A DNA stretch of 64,000 bases from Squalus acanthias. Its lineage: Eukaryota. This document shows positions 24,174 through 36,677 of this stretch, piece after piece. The DNA lies in assembly GCA_030390025.1 (NCBI GenBank), contig CM059432.1, forward strand, positions 73,596,001 to 73,660,000. Reading direction: 5' to 3'. Position 1 is the stretch's first letter; each line of letters begins with the position of its first letter. The position numbers were made by a program, and so were the translations under genes. The notes beneath the pieces were generated by a model that saw only the letters and a list, made by a program, of their open reading frames with translations, was not told the DNA's origin and did no database searches.

Positions 24174-26576
24174 CCTCTATTCATGAAGCCTAGGATCCTG
24201 TAAGCATTTTTAACTGCTTTCTCAACCTGCCCTGACACCTTCAACGATTTGTGCACATATACCCCTAGGTCTCTCTGTTCATGCTCCCCCTTTAGGATTG
24301 TACCCTTTAGTTTATATTTCCTCTCCTCATTCTTTCTTCAGCAGTTTATTTACAAATGCAGATGGTAAAAAGATGCACGCCATAAAAATCATTTCAATTC
24401 ATAGTTATGAAAACACTTTTTTTTTTAAATTTGGTAATTCAACGCATAACAGTAAGGACTGCTCCTTTCTTAGAGATATTTTAATGGTTATAATGGAATT
24501 TTCAGGCAGTCACATTGCTGTGTGGAGCCATTGATTGGAAACTACGTGCACCAAACTTGTTCTTAAAAAATCAAATCATCATCGTCAAAGGCAGGAAAAG
24601 GCAGATATACACATAAAGGTAGCAACTGCCCTATATTAAATCTATGATTCTATAAAGAAAAAGAAAAATTGAGAGAGGAAACAACAGGAGAATAGAACAA
24701 AGTGAATAGGTATTTGAGAGCCAGCACAGGACTTTGGGCTGAATGGCCTCCTTCTGTGCTGTAAAATTTTACGGTTCTATGGTCAATATTTCTAGGAAGA
24801 ATACTGGCTAATACACTGCATATTTTCTTTGTGGGGAATGAATATTTATAGCTGCTCTAGGTTTTTTTTTAAATGTATGTATTTGCTATAATGTGGAAAC
24901 AGCAATTTTATTTACATATTTTACATTTTGTTATCTATTCAAAAAGCTGAACTTTCAGCAAACTAAGCACAAATAGAACAGAACAGCTGCATGTCTGTTT
25001 TGTTACATTTTAACTATTTGAATGATTTTCACATCATTGTCCTGGATTACAGGGAGATTTGTGAATGAGTTTTACATTTTTGGCGAACAAATAAAATTTC
25101 TGTTTACATATTTAGAGAAAAGCAATTAAAAAAGAGATTAAAAATTGCAATCATTCATAGATGACAAAATAACTTTGGATTTTAAGTGAGGTAAATTTAA
25201 TACCCCAAAGAAATTGTGACACATTCTGTTTGTAATGAAACAATTTGAATATTTAATTTCAAAACAAAATAATATTGGTGCAAACAGATATGGTGTTGTT
25301 GCAAACATGGTTATATGAACAAAAGAAAGTTAATGTTAGAATGGAAATAAATTACACTTACATTTATCTGAAATGTGACACTGATAGCCCAAATGTGTAA
25401 AGATCTGGCACTCTGAGCGCCTTAATTCTTTCTGATTTGAACTGATCACAACCATTGCACTCTGTAGAGAATTGGGATTGAATACATTAAAATATTTCAC
25501 CACTCTCCCTATTCAAAAGCCCTAAAACATCAAATGTCACTAATGCAACACATTAAGATATCTAAATTAGATGAATACCCACCGACTACCATATAACCCT
25601 ACTTTCCCTTTATCTCCCTACCATATTAATGGTCCCTGCTTCAAGCCATTAAGAAGTTCTCAAGGTTAAATCTTCCTCTGCCAGGGACTTTTCTGACAGG
25701 TGGACAAGGCTTTCCCAACTGATATTCAAGGCTTTATCTGTAGCCAAGTCTTCTGAATTTCTTGATCAACAACTCAGTCTCTGGATAGACAGACAAGGCT
25801 TTACCAATGGCAGACTTTCCTGACTGACATACTTAGCTCCAAGGCTCTACAGCCATTCAATAAAGACTCAACAATCTTTTCACTGATTCACACAAACCAC
25901 ACACATTCACCTATCAATTGTACTGCTGGAATATAGAACAGTATTTATATTTTTGGCCTAATCTTGTGAGGTGCATAAAACCCTTCTAAAGCATTGCAAT
26001 TCTGAGGCCCTACCCCAGTACTGCCAGATTCCAGGGCCCCTTCCCAATGCTTTCAAATCCAATGCTGATAAATCACTGTCTGATAATATTAACCTGGCAA
26101 AATGCCTCTGTACTCACAAAAGCTCCAATTTATCGTAAGTAATGTCATAGGATATCAGTTAGTAGAACTAAGCTTACTAAGGAGAACTAAGGTTAAAATG
26201 ACAATATTTGAACCTAGCCTGATCTGATCAGGAAATCAAAATTGGCTAGGTTCTTTTGGTTTACAAGGGTTACATTCAATGGCTCACATTTTACAATAGT
26301 AATATTATTAAATGTTCTAACTGATTTCTTGAGAAGTAAAATGTTATTTCTCATTTGGCAATCTACAAATTAACAAATTATGTAATTAAAAATGGAAATA
26401 AATAGTTGATTTCAACCTGTCATTATCATGCTAAGTGCCATTAGCAAATCCCCTGTGGCATTGTTCAGTTAGTCCCTGGTCTGGAGCCATGTTGCGATGT
26501 TTAACTGTTTAATTCACCAGTGCTTTTAAGGCCACTGGATTAGGTAGACAAATCCAGGTAACTGCGGATACATATA

Positions 26577-27240
26577 GGGGGGGAAATTGGATACCTTTGC
26601 GCCTCCCGTTATCGCCTCCAGGGGGCAATAACAGGGCACTAACCACTTACCGCCCGGGTGCGGCAAGAATATCGGTTTACGGCGGCGGTATGGCGTTGCG
26701 CCCCGATCTCCTGTGCCTGGAGAGCGTGACGTCATCGCCGTGCGCAGTGCCCTGGTAGTGCCCCGGATCCGAATTTCGGTTTCGCCCCCTGCAACATCGC
26801 TGGGCGAAAACACCGGCAGCTGCAGGAGGCGTTCATCGGGAGACCGGGCGCTTTAGGGGCGATACTTAAAGACGAGGTAGCCGAGGTAGGGAAAAAAATC
26901 AAATGATCGTTTTCTGGGTTTTTTCCTTCTTTCCCCAGCAATCGATCAGCCCGGCACTCTGCTGCAGTGCATCGGGCTGATCGGGCCGGATCGCGGCTGC
27001 CGTCGGGGACCAGGTAAGTTTTCCTCTTGCAGAGCTTGCAGCGATGGCCCTTCCCTGTAAGGGAGGGAAGGAGCCTTCCAACGCGGCAGCGCTGCACGGC
27101 CCATTGTGCAGCACTGCACCACTACCGCCCCGCCTGCTGCCTGCTGCGCTCCAGGAAGGAAGTGGAGCACTTGATTTAGCGCTCCATTTCCTTCCTGGTG
27201 CGCAAAACCAAATATTTTAAAAGTTGAGAAACATTAGCGC
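26577..27240. mobile_element. GC/CpG-rich Harbinger-type non-autonomous element, right end unclear
   Basis: Starts GGGGGGGAAATTGG...GCGCCTCCCGTTATCG, similar to the terminus at 49079; abrupt CpG-rich island in AT-rich DNA. Confidence 0.6.
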
Positions 27241-27284
27241 CTGGTGTTATAACTGATTGAAAATTTCAAGGTTCAGATCAATTA

Positions 27285-28050
27285 ACATAGGAACAGGAGT
27301 AGGCCATTCAGCCCCTCAAGCTTGTTTCACCATTCAATGAGATCATGGCTGATCTGTATCCTAACTCCATTCACCCGCCTTGGCTCTGTATCCCTTAATA
27401 CCCTTGGCTAGCAAAAATATATCGATCTCGGATTTAAAATTATTAATTGAGCTAGCATCTACTGCTTTTTGTGGGAGAGAGTTCCACACTTCTACCACCC
27501 TTTACATGAAGAAATGTTTTATAACTTCTCTCCTGAATGGCCTAGATCTAATTTTAAGGTTGCGCTCCATTGTCCTAGACAGCCCCACCAGCAGAACAAG
27601 TTTCTCTCTATCTACACTATCAATTCATTTAAAAATAATCTTAAACACCTTAATTAGATCACCCTTAATCTTCTAATTTCAAGGGAATACAAGATTAATC
27701 TATACAACCTGACCTCAGAACTTAACCCTTTTAGCCCCAGTATCATTGTGGCAAATGTGGACTGCACTCCAGGGCCAAAATAACCTTCCTGAGATGCAGT
27801 GCCTAGAACTGAATGCAGTATTCCAGTTGGGGTCTATCCAGAGCTCTGTACAGCTGTAACACAACTTCTACCCTTTGTATTCCAGTCCACTTGAGATGAA
27901 GGCTGCCATTCCATTAGCTCTTCAAATTATGTTTTGTACCTGTCCACAATCTTAGTGATTTCTGTACTTGGGCCCCTAAATCTCTGCTCATCCACAGTTA
28001 CTAGCTTCTTGCCATTTAGGAAATACTCTGATCTTGCTTTCTTAGGTCCA
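27285..28050 (-). mobile_element. Older CR1 3' portion; continues at 29379-29427
   Basis: Tail ACATAGGAACAGGAGTAGGCCATTCAGCCC; the continuation gives WQMEFNVGNCEVIHF on the minus strand. Confidence 0.85.
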
Positions 28051-29378
28051 AAATTAACAGTCACTTGGACAAGTATGGATTAATTAAGGAAAGCCAGCAT
28101 GGATTTGTTAAAGGCAAATCTCGTTTAACTAACTTGATTCAGTTCTTTGATGAGGTAGCAGAGAGGGTTGATGAGGGCAATGTGGTTGACGTGGTGTACA
28201 TGGATTTCCAAAAGGCGTTCAACAAAGTGCCACATAATAGGCTTGCCAGCAAAGTTGAAGCCCATGGAATAAAAGGGACAGTGGCAGCATGGATACGAAA
28301 TTGGCTAAGTGACAGGAAACAGAGAGTAGTGGTGAACGGTTGTTTTTCAGACTGGAGGAAGGTATACAGTGGTGTTCCCCAGAGGTCGGTTCTAGGACCA
28401 CTGCTTTTCTTGATATCTATTAATGACTTGGATGTGGGTGTACAGGGCACAATTTCAAAATTTGCAGGTGACAAAACTTGGAAGTATAATGAACAGTGAG
28501 GAAGAGAGTGACAGATTTCAGGAAGACAGACAGGCTGATGAAATGGGCAGACACTTGGCAGATGAAATTTAACGCAGAAAAGTGTGAAGTGATACATTTT
28601 GGTAGAAAGAATGAGGAGAGGACGTATAATCAAAATGGTACAATCATGAAGGGGGTGCATGAACAGAGAGACCTGGGGGTATGTGTGCACAAATCATTGA
28701 AGGTGGAAGGGCAGGTTGAGAAAGCAGTTAAAAAGGCTTATGGGATCCTGGGCTTCATGAATAGAGGTATAGAGTACAAAAGTATGGAAATTATGAAGAA
28801 CCTGTATAAAACACTGGTTCGGCCACAACTGGAGTACCGTGTCCAATTCTGGGCACCACACTTTAGGAAGGATGTGAAGGCCTTAGAGAGGGTGCAGAAA
28901 AGATTTATGAGAATGATTCCAGGAATGAGGGACTTCAGTAACGTTGATAGACTGGAGAAGCTGGGGTTGTTCTCCTTGGAGCAGAGAAGATTGAGAGGAG
29001 ATTTGATAGAGGTATTCAAAGTCATGAGGGGTCTGGACAAGGTAGATAGAGGGAAACTGTTCTATTGGCAGAAGGGTCGAGAACCAGAGGACACAGATTT
29101 AAGGTGATTGGCAAAAGAACCAAAGGCGACGCAAGAAAAAACTTTTTTATGCAGCGAGTGGTTAAGATCTGGAATGCACTGCCTGAAAGGATGGTGGAGG
29201 CAGATTCAATCGTGGCTTTCAAAAGGGAGTTTGATAATTATCTGAAGGAAAGAAATTTGCAGGGCTACGGGGAAAGGGCAGGAGAGTGGGACTAGCTGAA
29301 GTGATCTTGCAGAGAGCTGGCACGGGCTCGACCGGCCGAATGGCCTCCTTCCATGTTGTAACCATTCTATGATTCTAT
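28051..29378 (+). mobile_element. CR1 LINE, 5'-truncated, inserted into the older CR1
   Basis: [39 protein letters not shown]; tail ATTCTATGATTCTATG. Confidence 0.95.
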
Positions 29379-31726
29379 GAAAGTGAATGACCTCACAGTT
29401 TCCCACATTGAACTCCATCTGCCACAATTTTCCAAATCTATCAAGAGTTCTTTTAGTATCCAGGATTACTGGAATAGGGATCTGGGAGCTTTGGGGAGGT
29501 TGTTCCAGGGTTTAGGATGCATTGGAGATGCTTCTGGTAGCGAGCACTGGGAGGATGACCTTGGTGTCTGGGAGCATTAAGGAGGCATCCTAAGAGTTTA
29601 TGAGCACTAGAAGGGAGGTTCCACGATCTAAGTAGGGGGGAGGGAAACACCCCAAGGAGAGGGGTCCTAGGGTTCAGAAGAACTGGGGAGGCAGGTCTAG
29701 AAGTATTGTGGGCAGGGTCTGGCAGTATTGGAGGAAAATTGCTACGGTCTGGCAGTATTGGATAAGCTATAGTCTAACAGCATTGAGGGATAGGAGCACC
29801 AAAGAATGGGGCCTAAACTGCCTTTGGCTCCTTTTTGACTTTTATAAACTTCCTCTGCCACATTCCTATCTGTTAGCCTTCTACCCTGACCCATCTGTGG
29901 CCTATTTTGGGCCATCAGGCACCCCTCTTGCATTTCTTTCTCCATTAAGCACCAGTTCCTGCCTAAAAGCACCAAAAGCAAGAGTGGATTGATTGGTTCA
30001 CCGTTTTAAAAAAAAACAACAATGTTTTTACTGGTAGTTTTTTAGGAGTGGTTATTTTCTAAGATTTTAGTTTCTAATTGGAAATTTTCTAGCTGTTTTC
30101 CTCACTTTTGGTTCTTATGTTTCCTAACTGTTAAGTTCTGATTTGTTGCTGTTTTAGCCTGTACCAAAGTACGATGGCAAAGTGCTGATTGAAAAATAAC
30201 AATAAATGTGCACTAAACGCAATTCTTTTAACGTATTACATACTAGTAGATCTCCCATTGTATTGCTCATGGGGAGTCAAATGCATAGCTACATAGGGGC
30301 AGTGCTTGAGGTGTGGAAGTGGGGGAGAGGTTCCCATCTAGATGGAGAGGACTTGGAGAGAACTTTATAAGAAGTTTCCTCCACTGAGCTTCACAAGCTG
30401 GATGTTTGTGAAGGCCTATAAATGACATCAATCCACAAAGGTCTTGAAAATTACTCTGTGGAATAACAGCATATGAAATCTTAACATGTTTATCTGATAT
30501 TCTTTGATTGCGATTTTAGCAGAGGCAATACCAGCATAAATTAAATGGCTTAACACCCACACTAATAAAAACAAATGAATGTGGCAAATACATTAAGCAT
30601 TGTACAATCTTATGGCACATTATAATTTCAAGCCAAAGTTTGAAAAAAAAAATGAAACATGAAAAGAGTTCTAACGATGATGGTGCTTTTCTTCTCGAAG
30701 TGCTCAATGTGTACTTTCCATCTATACCATCAAGATTCTGGGTGTTAGTTTTGCAATTGATCACCCTAATAAGGAACCAATTTTTAATATTAAAAGTGAT
30801 CATTTTGGAGGCACAGTGGATATTTTTGATACCGAAGCTTAAGTAAAATTTTACAGCAAGTTTATATGTGTAAACAATTTGTAACACTGTCTTGTCTGCA
30901 ACTATGAATAAAGCAAATATCCCAGAACTGGTTTCTGCTTCATCTGTCTGCACACCATTTAATTGAAGGTTATTTCATCAGTGCACAGCACCATGCAGAA
31001 AATGTTTACCTTTTTATGTGCAATTGCATTTTATTTGGATTTTTAAAGCTATGTAATCTGTGTAATTTTGCACTTCATTGAAGTGACTATAATTTAATGT
31101 TTGTTCAACAATTTTAGCACTGGATTAAAATGTAAATATTTTAATCAGCTTTAAAATATAACAGACTGTAAGCATCTTCACCATAGAAAAGGTGAATTGA
31201 TTTATTAAACATTGCAATGAGGAATGGGTATTGGTAATTCCATGTGACTCAATTACAGACTGAGCTTTGGAAATGATCTGAATGACTATGTAAAAAAAAA
31301 ATGTGCCATTGGAAACATCTTCTGATAGTTCCTCTTAGATATCTTAGAACCAAACATGTAAAACTGAATGACTGTCCAGAAAAGCAGCACCCAGGAGACA
31401 GAATAGACTGTCACAAAAGCGAGAAGCTTTGGGAACAATGTGTTGAAAAAAAGCGAATCTTTATGTACATTTTTAGCAGAACTTTTTTTGATTTAGTTCA
31501 CTTAGTGAATATTTTTTTCATCCTCCTTTTCCCACCAATTTCCTCTCCTTCCCTGAAGGCATTGGTGCCTGGTTAGGGAAGCACCGCAATGATTTCCCAG
31601 TGCATGCTCCCAGTGGGATTAGTAAAAGCAGTCTTTTAAAGAGAAGTGATACCTCTTGTAGAAAGCAGTAACAGGATCATATAATTACTTTTAAAAATCT
31701 CAAATGTATTTTTTTTCATATATTAG

Positions 31727-31939
31727 CAGAATTAGACGTATATCGCCGATCCTTCATCGTCACTGGGTCAAAATCCTGGAACTCCCTCCCTAACAGCACT
31801 GTGGGAGTGCCTATACCACACGGACTGCAGCGGTTCAAGAAGGTGGCTCACCGCCACCTTCTCAAGGGCAATTAGGGATGGGCAATAAATGCTGGCCTTG
31901 CCAGCAACAGCCACATCCCATAAAATGAATTTTAAAAAA
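31727..31939 (+). mobile_element. 3' end of the second LINE family (short copy)
   Basis: Closely matches 20195-20404, including the start CAGAATTAGACGTATATCGCCGATCC. Confidence 0.9.
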
Positions 31940-32169
31940 GAATGGTAGCTGGAAGCTCTCTGGCAGCACATGGGATTAATTCTGATGGTTGCACAGAGTA
32001 TCAGAAGACCTGGAGAGTTTGTATTGGGGAGCCAAAAAGCCAGGTGGATCTGTTCACCATCTACTGTGTTATCCAAGAACTCTGGTTCAGCAAATGATGA
32101 TTAATCATTTCCTTGAACTTTTACACACATGGGACAGTCCCATGTTACAACACTGAGTTGGAATGAATT

Positions 32170-32880
32170 CCCACAGACAGCAATTTCATGTGACGAAGCG
32201 TGAGGTAATACATTTTGAGGGGGGGGGGGGGGGGAAATGAGGACTGGGAGTATACACTCAATGGAAAGACACTGAAGGGTGTGGGTGAACAGAGAGACCC
32301 AGGAGTTCAAATATATAATCCCCTAAAAATACAAGTGCAGGTAGATAAAACCATAAAAAAGGCTAACAGCATTTTGGGTTTATAAATAGGAGCATAATAC
32401 ACATTAGTAAAGAAGTAATGATATAATGAAAGCCTTATGCTATTTTACCACAATTGGAGGACTATGTGCAGTTTTGGCCATCCCATTATGGAAGAGACAT
32501 TAGGGCCATAGAGAGCAACTTCGATTCATCAGGATGATGCCAGGGATGGAGAACTACAGTTAGGAGAGATGTGAGAAACTGGGACTATTCTACTGGATCA
32601 GAGAAAGAGGAGATTTAATAGAATTTAAAAAAAAATTATGCAGGACATTCATAGGCTGAAAAGAAAAATACTATTTTGTCTGATTGGGGGGGTCAGTGAC
32701 AAGGAGCCACCAATTTAAAATTGTCTTTAAAAGAGTGAGAAGAGAGATTAGGAGAAATTTCTTTACATAGAAGGCTGCTGGAACATGGAATGTTTTGCCA
32801 CAGGAAACGGCTGAGGCAGAGACCATTGTATCTTTTAATGGAAAACTAGATAAATATTTGAAGCAGAGAAAGATAGAGCT
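32170..32880 (+). mobile_element. Old diverged CR1 3' portion; tail resumes at ~33275-33352
   Basis: Remnants TGAGGTAATACATTTTG, CCACAATTGGAG..ACTATGTGCAGTTTTGG, AGGAGAAATTTCTTTAC; tail GGCTGAATGGCCTCCTTCTG. Confidence 0.7.
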
Positions 32881-32884
32881 ATTA

Positions 32885-33270
32885 TTTATTCATTCTCTGG
32901 ATGTGGGCATCACTAGCAAGGCCAGCATTTATTGCCTCTCCCTATGATAAAACTGAGTGGCTTCCTAGACTACTTCAAAGAGCAGTTAAGAGTCAACCAC
33001 ATTGGTATAAGAATGGAGTCAAATACATGCCAGACTGGGTAAAAACAGCTGGTTTTCTTTCCTAAAGGACATTAATGAACCAGTTAGGTTTTTAGGATAA
33101 TCTGACAGCTTCATGGTCATTTTTACTGATACCAGCTTTTTAGTCCCAGATTTTCTTTTAAAACAGAATTCAAATTCTCCAACTGCCATCATGGGATTTG
33201 AACTCCCGTTCTCTGGATTATTAGTCCAATAACATAACTATCCTATGTTCCTGTAACAACTATGCTACCA
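32885..33270 (-). mobile_element. tRNA-derived SINE carrying the 3' tail of the second LINE family
   Basis: Minus-strand head with B-box-like GAGTTCAAATCCC; 3' end GGCAATAAATGCTGGCCTTGCTAGTGATGCCCACATCCAGAGAATGAATAA matches the LINE tail at 5823-5875. Confidence 0.75.
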
Positions 33271-33354
33271 TACCCTTTATTATGGGGAGAGAGTGGAGCT
33301 AGCACAGACATTATAGGCTGAATGGCCTCCTTCTGCGCTGTAACCTTCTATAGT

Positions 33355-35313
33355 TACCTCAGCGGGAGCGGAGCGGCATAAATAGCGCGATGGAGCAGGC
33401 CCGAGACCAGAGGCGGCGAGAGCTGAACGAGAGCGGAGCTGGGAGCAACTCAAAACAGGCAGAATTTGAAAGAGTGACATCAGAGTAAAAAAAACCTAAA
33501 GCGACGTCAGCACAAGGGAAGGAGCTGATTGGTGAGTAGCTGGTGAGTGTTTTTTTTCTCCCCAAGTCTTATGTTTATTTCTGTTAAGTTAGTTAATAAT
33601 CTATTAAAAAGGCATGGCAGGGCACCTCAGTACTGTGGAATGCACATCTTGTGCCATGTGGGAAATCCAGGATGCTTCCCATGTCCTGGACAACCACATG
33701 TGCAGGAAGTGTCGTCAGCTGGAGGAACTCGAGCTCCGGGTTTCAGAACTTGAGCAGCAGCTGGCGTCACTGCGATGCATCAGTGAGGCTGAGAGCTACA
33801 TGGATAGCACGTTCCAGTAGGTGGTCACCCCGCAGCTTAAGAGTGTGCAGGCAGAGAGGGAATGGGTGACCACCAGAGAGAAAAGGAGGACAAGGCAAGT
33901 AGTACAGGAGTCCCGAGTGCATCTCACTCTCTAACCAGTATGGTGAGGGCGATGGTTCCTAAAGGGAGTACAGCCAGAGCAAAGTCCACGGTACCACGGG
34001 TGGCTCAGCTGTACTGGGGGGTGGGGAGGTGGGAGGGGAAGGAAGAAAATAGGGAAAGCAATAGTGATAGGGGATTCAACAGTTAGGGGAACAGACAGGC
34101 GTTTCTGCAGCCACAGACATGATTCTAGGATGGTATGTTGCCTCCCTGGTGCCAGGGTCAAGGATGTCACTAAGCGGCTGCAGAACATTCTGAGGGGGGA
34201 GGGTGAACAGCCAGAGGGCATGGTCCATATCGATATCAATGACATAGGTAGAAAGAGGGATGCTGTCCTGCAGGCAGATTTTAGGGAGCTACGGTTGTTT
34301 TTCAGACTGGAGGAAAGTATACAGTGGTGTTCCCCAGGGGTCGGTACTAGGACCACTGCTTTTCTTGATATATATTAATGATTCGGACTTGGGTGTACAG
34401 GGCATTATTTCAAATGACACAAAACTTTAAGTAGAGTTAACAATGAGGAGGATAGGGATAGACTTCAAGAGGACATGGACAGGCTGGTGGAATAGGCGGA
34501 CACGTGGCAGATGAAGTTTAACACAGAAAAGTTTGAAGTGATACATTTTGGTAGGAAGAAGAAAGAGACGCAATATAACCTAAAGGGTACAATGCTAAAG
34601 CGGGTGCATGAACAGAGAGTCCTGGGAGTATATGTGCACAAATCGTTGAACATGGCAGGACAGGTTGAGAAAGCGGTTAAAAGAGCAGACAAGATTTATA
34701 AATAGAGGCAGAATACAAAAGCAAGGAAGTTATGATGAACCTTTATAAAACTCTGGTTCGGCCTCAACTGGAGTATTGTCCAATTCTGGGCACCGCACTT
34801 TAGGAAGGATGTGAAGGCTTTAGAGACGGTGCAGAAAAGATTTACGAGAATGGTTCCAGGGATGAGGGACTTCAGTTACGTAGATAGACTGGAAAAGCTA
34901 GGGTTGTTCTCCATAGAGCAGAGAAGATTGAGAAGAGATTTGATAGAGGTGTTCAAAATCATGAGGGGTCTAGAAAGAGTAGAAAGAGAGAAACTGTTCC
35001 CATTGGCAGAAGGGTCGAGAACCAGAGGACACAGATTTAAGATGATTGGCAGAAGATCCAAAGGCGACATGAGGAAAAGCTTTTTACGCAGCGAGTGGTT
35101 ATGATCTGGAATTCACTGCCTGAGAGGGTGGTGGAGGCAGATTCAATTGTGGCTTTCAAAAGGGAATTAGATAAGTACCTGAAGGAATAAAAATTGCAGG
35201 GCTACAGGGAAAGGGCGGGGGAGTGGGACTAGCTGAAGTGCTCTTGCAGAGAGCCGGCATGGGCTCGAAGGGCCGAATGGCCTCCTTCTGTGCTGTAATG
35301 ATTCTATAATTCT
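33355..35313 (+). mobile_element. CR1 with 5' UTR and ORF1 (Zn finger, coiled coil, SGNH esterase) fused by internal deletion to the 3' part of ORF2
   Basis: 33614 MAGHLSTVECTSC...CRKCRQLEELELRVSELEQQL; 34064 IGDSTVRG...CCLPGARVKD...VHIDINDIG. At ~34291 it jumps to RT sequence ACGGTTGTTTTTCAGACTGG (cf. 28337). CR1 tail. Confidence 0.9.
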
Positions 35314-36677
35314 AGTCCTAAAAGTAATGTGAAAGTCTGTGCAATTTTCACACTAAAGTTGTTATGGATTGATACAAGAGCGCTGATTTGTCTCTTTCCC
35401 CTTCCTCACTGGGTATCAAATAGGCGCAAAGTACCCGAGCTATACTGCACCTGTGGAGAGAACAGACTATCCAAACTTCTTGGCCAAGGAGGCCTACAGC
35501 TGCCGACCTGGCCATCAAACCTCAAGGCCTTCTATCTGCTGAAGATTATGCTGGCGGAGAGAGAAGATAAATCTTACCTGCAGCCAGTCTCCATCTTTGG
35601 GGTACTTCTGGACCCATTTCAGACTCTCCTGTCTAAGTAGTGTCCAATCGCAAGCCTCGAGCTTGGTCACCCACGGCTCAATGCAATGGAAAATAAGGCT
35701 CAGAAAGCTCCCATCCATCTCGTCTCAATACTAACTCTGGACCTGCACCTACTGCAGGCACAAACCCAGTTACTCATGTTTGGGGTTTACTGGGAAATCC
35801 CAGATAGTGGGGGCAAAGATCTGATATATCTGTCCTCCACTCCCTTTTCCTCTTTGTTGCGCTTGAGAACTGAGTGTTCTCCAGTCACAACAAAGAGTGG
35901 AGTCATCTTCAACCTATTTAGAAGTGGTTGTAACTCTTCCAGTCTTGGCATAAACACTGAGATCTAACTTCAGCAGCAGCAGCAGTTGTTGAGGGGTCTG
36001 CGTCTAACTGTAGGCTACCACTAACTCAGGTTGGAATCTAGGATAACACCAAGTTGTCCCCATCTCATTTCTTGTCTGTATTGATATTTCTTTCACAATA
36101 CCAATAAAGGATTTGTCAGATGTAAGCCAAGTAGTGGACAGACCTGCCAAATGACATTTTGTTCAGTATTTTTAAAGTGACTTGTCAATGTTGGACATTA
36201 TTTATACATGTAGCACAAACCAGCTAAGAAACCCCATTAGTGATTGTAAAAGAGAGCACAACATGTTATGCTGATTTGTCATTTTGAACCTTAGCCAATC
36301 GTCAGAATGCCAATGAAATTTGCCACTCAAGACAATGGTGGATGTTGCACATTGACTAAATGTTTGATCTCCAATAATTAGACAAAGATGAGATGGTGGC
36401 TAATAGCTCATTGTCACGAGTATCTTTCTGTCATTGAGTACTTTAGTCTAAATAGCTTGTGAGTAACTTGATTCCAAGCTTGTTTTATGAAAGATTCTTA
36501 ATCCAAACTGTGGCTATCAACCAATTCTATCGCATCAATGTAGTGTCATCAATGAGATTATGACAGAATCCTCATTCACCACCTGGCCAATTAAGAATCC
36601 TCCACAGAAAGAGCACTGGATGATGCAGTGGATTAACACATTATCCTTTCACCTCTGGATATTGCTTTGAATCCAGA

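Larger units (their letters stand above)
20420..24335 (-). mobile_element. CR1 LINE 3' portion interrupted by two Penelope-like insertions
   Basis: Tail TCATAGAATCATAGAA at 20420. CR1 sequence at 20420-20839, 23736-23947 and 24174-24335 is contiguous once the inserts are removed. Confidence 0.9.

Noticed and set aside
26577..27240. CpG-island promoter of a host gene
   Set aside because: It begins sharply with a Harbinger-like terminus; the CpG richness is better explained by a young element.
29440..30000. Purine-rich block with short direct repeats (GGTCTGGCAGTATTGGA x2)
   Set aside because: No termini, ORF homology or regular periodicity; probably an old unclassified repeat.
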